24,205 nucleotides of DNA from a virus. Taxonomy: Duplodnaviria; Caudoviricetes. Positions 22,522 through 24,205 of this stretch are shown piece after piece (the stretch's first letter is position 1; each line of letters begins with the position of its first letter). The notes under the pieces were generated by a model, which saw only the letters and a list, made by a program, of their open reading frames with translations, searched no databases and was not told the origin of the DNA. The position numbers were made by a program, and so were the translations under genes. The stretch spans positions 1 through 24,205 of IMG/VR virus record IMGVR_UViG_3300045580_000107, one strand, 5' to 3'.

Positions 22522-23049
22522 CTACGAACCGCTGATTTGTGCGGTCAGCGCAGAGAATGTTGCGGCGGCGATGTTCAGCATCGGGTCGGGTTCCATGCCC
22601 GTGAGCGTCATCTCGTAGCCTGAACGGTCGCCGAATGCAGTACCCGTTCCAGCAGTTCCTGCGGAGGCTTCCAAGCCATTCGCAGCACCCAACACCCAGT
22701 AGCGGTTGTTGTTGTCTTGGACGATGACCAGCAAGCGATTCCGAGCCAAGAGGCGTAGTTCGTTACGGACTGCAACCTGCAACTTGTTGATGGTGAAGGT
22801 TACTTCGGGAGTGTAGAACAAGGTGCCGTTCTCGGTGCTTGCGTTCAAGGTTTCCGTCATGGACGAAGTGGCCTTGGTCAAGTCGTACTCGTAGAATCCC
22901 GATGAGAAACCCGTGAAGCCTGTGACCGTTCCGCTTCCGTTGGTGTTCACGGAACCCGTTGGGTTGAAGGCTTGTACAAAGACAGTTTTGATGCCGCCGA
23001 CTGAATCACGGCATCCGAGGGCGTAGCCCGTAGTTAGGGAGCAGGACAT
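22522..23049 (-). CDS. Putative major tail (tube) protein
   Basis: MSC.LT.G..L.C.DSVGGIK, ENGT.FY, IVQDNN..YW..G, GT..GD.SGY..T.TG.E; follows the capsid gene. Confidence 0.7.
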   Translation of the reverse strand: MSCSLTTGYALGCRDSVGGIKTVFVQAFNPTGSVNTNGSGTVTGFTGFSSGFYEYDLTKATSSMTETLNASTENGTLFYTPEVTFTINKLQVAVRNELRLLARNRLLVIVQDNNNRYWVLGAANGLEASAGTAGTGTAFGDRSGYEMTLTGMEPDPMLNIAAATFSALTAQISGS

Positions 23050-23080
23050 AGTGTATTTTTATTTTAGGAGTTGCAAGAAT

Positions 23081-23109
23081 AAAAAGCGGGGGGAAGTTTC
23101 CCTCCCCCC
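23081..23109 (-). terminator. Intrinsic terminator after the capsid gene
   Basis: GGGGGGAG-GGAAAC-TTCCCCCC followed by GCTTTTT. Confidence 0.8.
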
Positions 23110-23115
23110 TTACAC

Positions 23116-24054
23116 TTAGGCCAAGCGGAAGTCAACCATCAAGTCGGGATAGGCGAACTGCACACCTGCTTTGAAGGCGGCTTGGAAGCGGACTTCATCG
23201 TTGTCCTTGGAGTACCACAATTCAAAGTTCTCCTCGTCGCTCAACAAGTCAGTTCCGTAGAACAGGTTGCCGAGGTAGGTTGCAACAATGCGGTTGGTAG
23301 AGGTCAAGCCTGGGACTGCAACGATGCGAACATTCGTGCCAGGGTAGATGATATCACCATCGGCCAAACCTTGCAAGTCAACTTGGTTGTACATGACACC
23401 CGTCTGCGACTTCATGGCTCCAATCAAGGTACGGAAGTTGTTCCATCCACAGAAGATGACAAGGTCATTGCGTGTCAAGATGGCCTGTGGGATGTCGTTG
23501 TAAACTTTGTCAAAGATGCTGATGACATTGGAAGTCGTGATACCAACGGAAGCCGATACTGGGTTCCAAGTGGTAGAGGAAGCGTTAGCGAGAACGGTTG
23601 AACCCGATGCAGCGTTCAGCAGTTGGTTGACACCGCTGAAATAGGAGTTACCCTGCCAGATGGCGGTTTCCAAAGCCTCGGCGATACGGAGAGCCTTCTG
23701 CTCGGCGAATGCCTGCTCGAAAGGTACGCCGTCGTATTGGCTACCAGCGGTCAACTGTGACTGCATCCAGTATTGCTCCAAGGAACGAGGGCAAAGAGCC
23801 TCTTGTATTTTCATGCGACCAACGGTGATATTCCGCTGGGTGAAGGAAGTGTTGCCTGTTGGAGTCCATCCGCACACATCGCCACCAGCGATATTTGCAT
23901 CGGTGTCCATTAGGTTCAACGCAGCGGCTGACTTGATGCCCACCTGCTTGGTGAACAAAGCAGCAGAACGAGCGGCGAATACCGCTTTGGTGATGAGGGG
24001 CAAACGCTGCTGCTCGGTATAGGTAGTCAGCGGTGCAACAAATGAATAACTCAT
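23116..24054 (-). CDS. Major capsid protein
   Basis: 312 aa with C.W...G...TQR.ITVG..K..E.LCP..LE, E..IWQG and NL.YGTDLLSD; preceded by a scaffold-like gene and followed by a terminator. Confidence 0.88.
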   Translation of the reverse strand: MSYSFVAPLTTYTEQQRLPLITKAVFAARSAALFTKQVGIKSAAALNLMDTDANIAGGDVCGWTPTGNTSFTQRNITVGRMKIQEALCPRSLEQYWMQSQLTAGSQYDGVPFEQAFAEQKALRIAEALETAIWQGNSYFSGVNQLLNAASGSTVLANASSTTWNPVSASVGITTSNVISIFDKVYNDIPQAILTRNDLVIFCGWNNFRTLIGAMKSQTGVMYNQVDLQGLADGDIIYPGTNVRIVAVPGLTSTNRIVATYLGNLFYGTDLLSDEENFELWYSKDNDEVRFQAAFKAGVQFAYPDLMVDFRLA

Positions 24055-24078
24055 GGCTTTGTTTTTGGGGGTTAAGGT

Positions 24079-24204
24079 TTATTTAGATTTTTTGAGGGAT
24101 TGGATTGATTGTGCGATGGCCGCAAAGTTTTGGGCGGCTGATGCCTTGCGCTGCTCCACAATAGCAGAGGCGGTTGGCTTGGGGGCTTCGGATGGTAGTT
24201 CGGC
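24079..24204 (-). CDS. Scaffold-like protein, 5' partial (C-terminal 41 aa)
   Basis: Hand translation ...AELPSEAPKPTASAIVEQRKASAAQNFAAIAQSIQSLKKSK*; directly upstream of the capsid gene. Confidence 0.6.
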   Translation of the reverse strand, partial: AELPSEAPKPTASAIVEQRKASAAQNFAAIAQSIQSLKKSK

Positions 24205-24205
24205 G

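Noticed and set aside
22488-22535. 15-aa plus-strand ORF MRRMRTAGQRYSTNR behind an ACCACTAAACC-ATG context
   Set aside because: No plus-strand promoter seen; promoter and terminator polarity are minus-strand, so the motif is better explained as the sRNA's complement. Not fully excluded.

Overview
About 24 kb of a tailed dsDNA phage, most likely infecting Bacteroidota. Evidence for the host: recurrent TAnnTTTG -7 promoter boxes, no Shine-Dalgarno sequences, and A/C-rich 'AAACC-ATG' start contexts. Almost all genes are on the minus strand. Reading right to left: scaffold C-terminus, major capsid, tail-tube-like protein, GT4 glycosyltransferase, structural genes, extended portal, head-tail connector and tail terminator, fibre-like protein, holin module and metallophosphoesterase. 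A two-gene plus-strand island carries the amidase endolysin. An early/replication operon follows (Rad52/Sak-like annealase, tandem wHTH proteins, SSB-like protein, initiator with internal iterons, DnaB, VRR-NUC nuclease, DnaA-C-like HTH), then a sigma-like factor, a frameshifted DNA methyltransferase, terminase small and large subunits, and glycan-modification-like genes. The most striking content is non-coding. (1) A ~66-nt promoter- and terminator-bounded sRNA at 22442-22508 is collinearly antisense to the leader and start codon of the first early gene 9.6 kb away, shares a 13-nt promoter core with it, and matches several other early start regions. (2) Two tandem non-canonical tRNA-like RNAs lie between terS and terL. 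(3) A kissing-loop attenuator precedes the replication initiator. (4) Several transcripts appear leaderless. All functional calls come from motif recognition by eye; no database searches were run.
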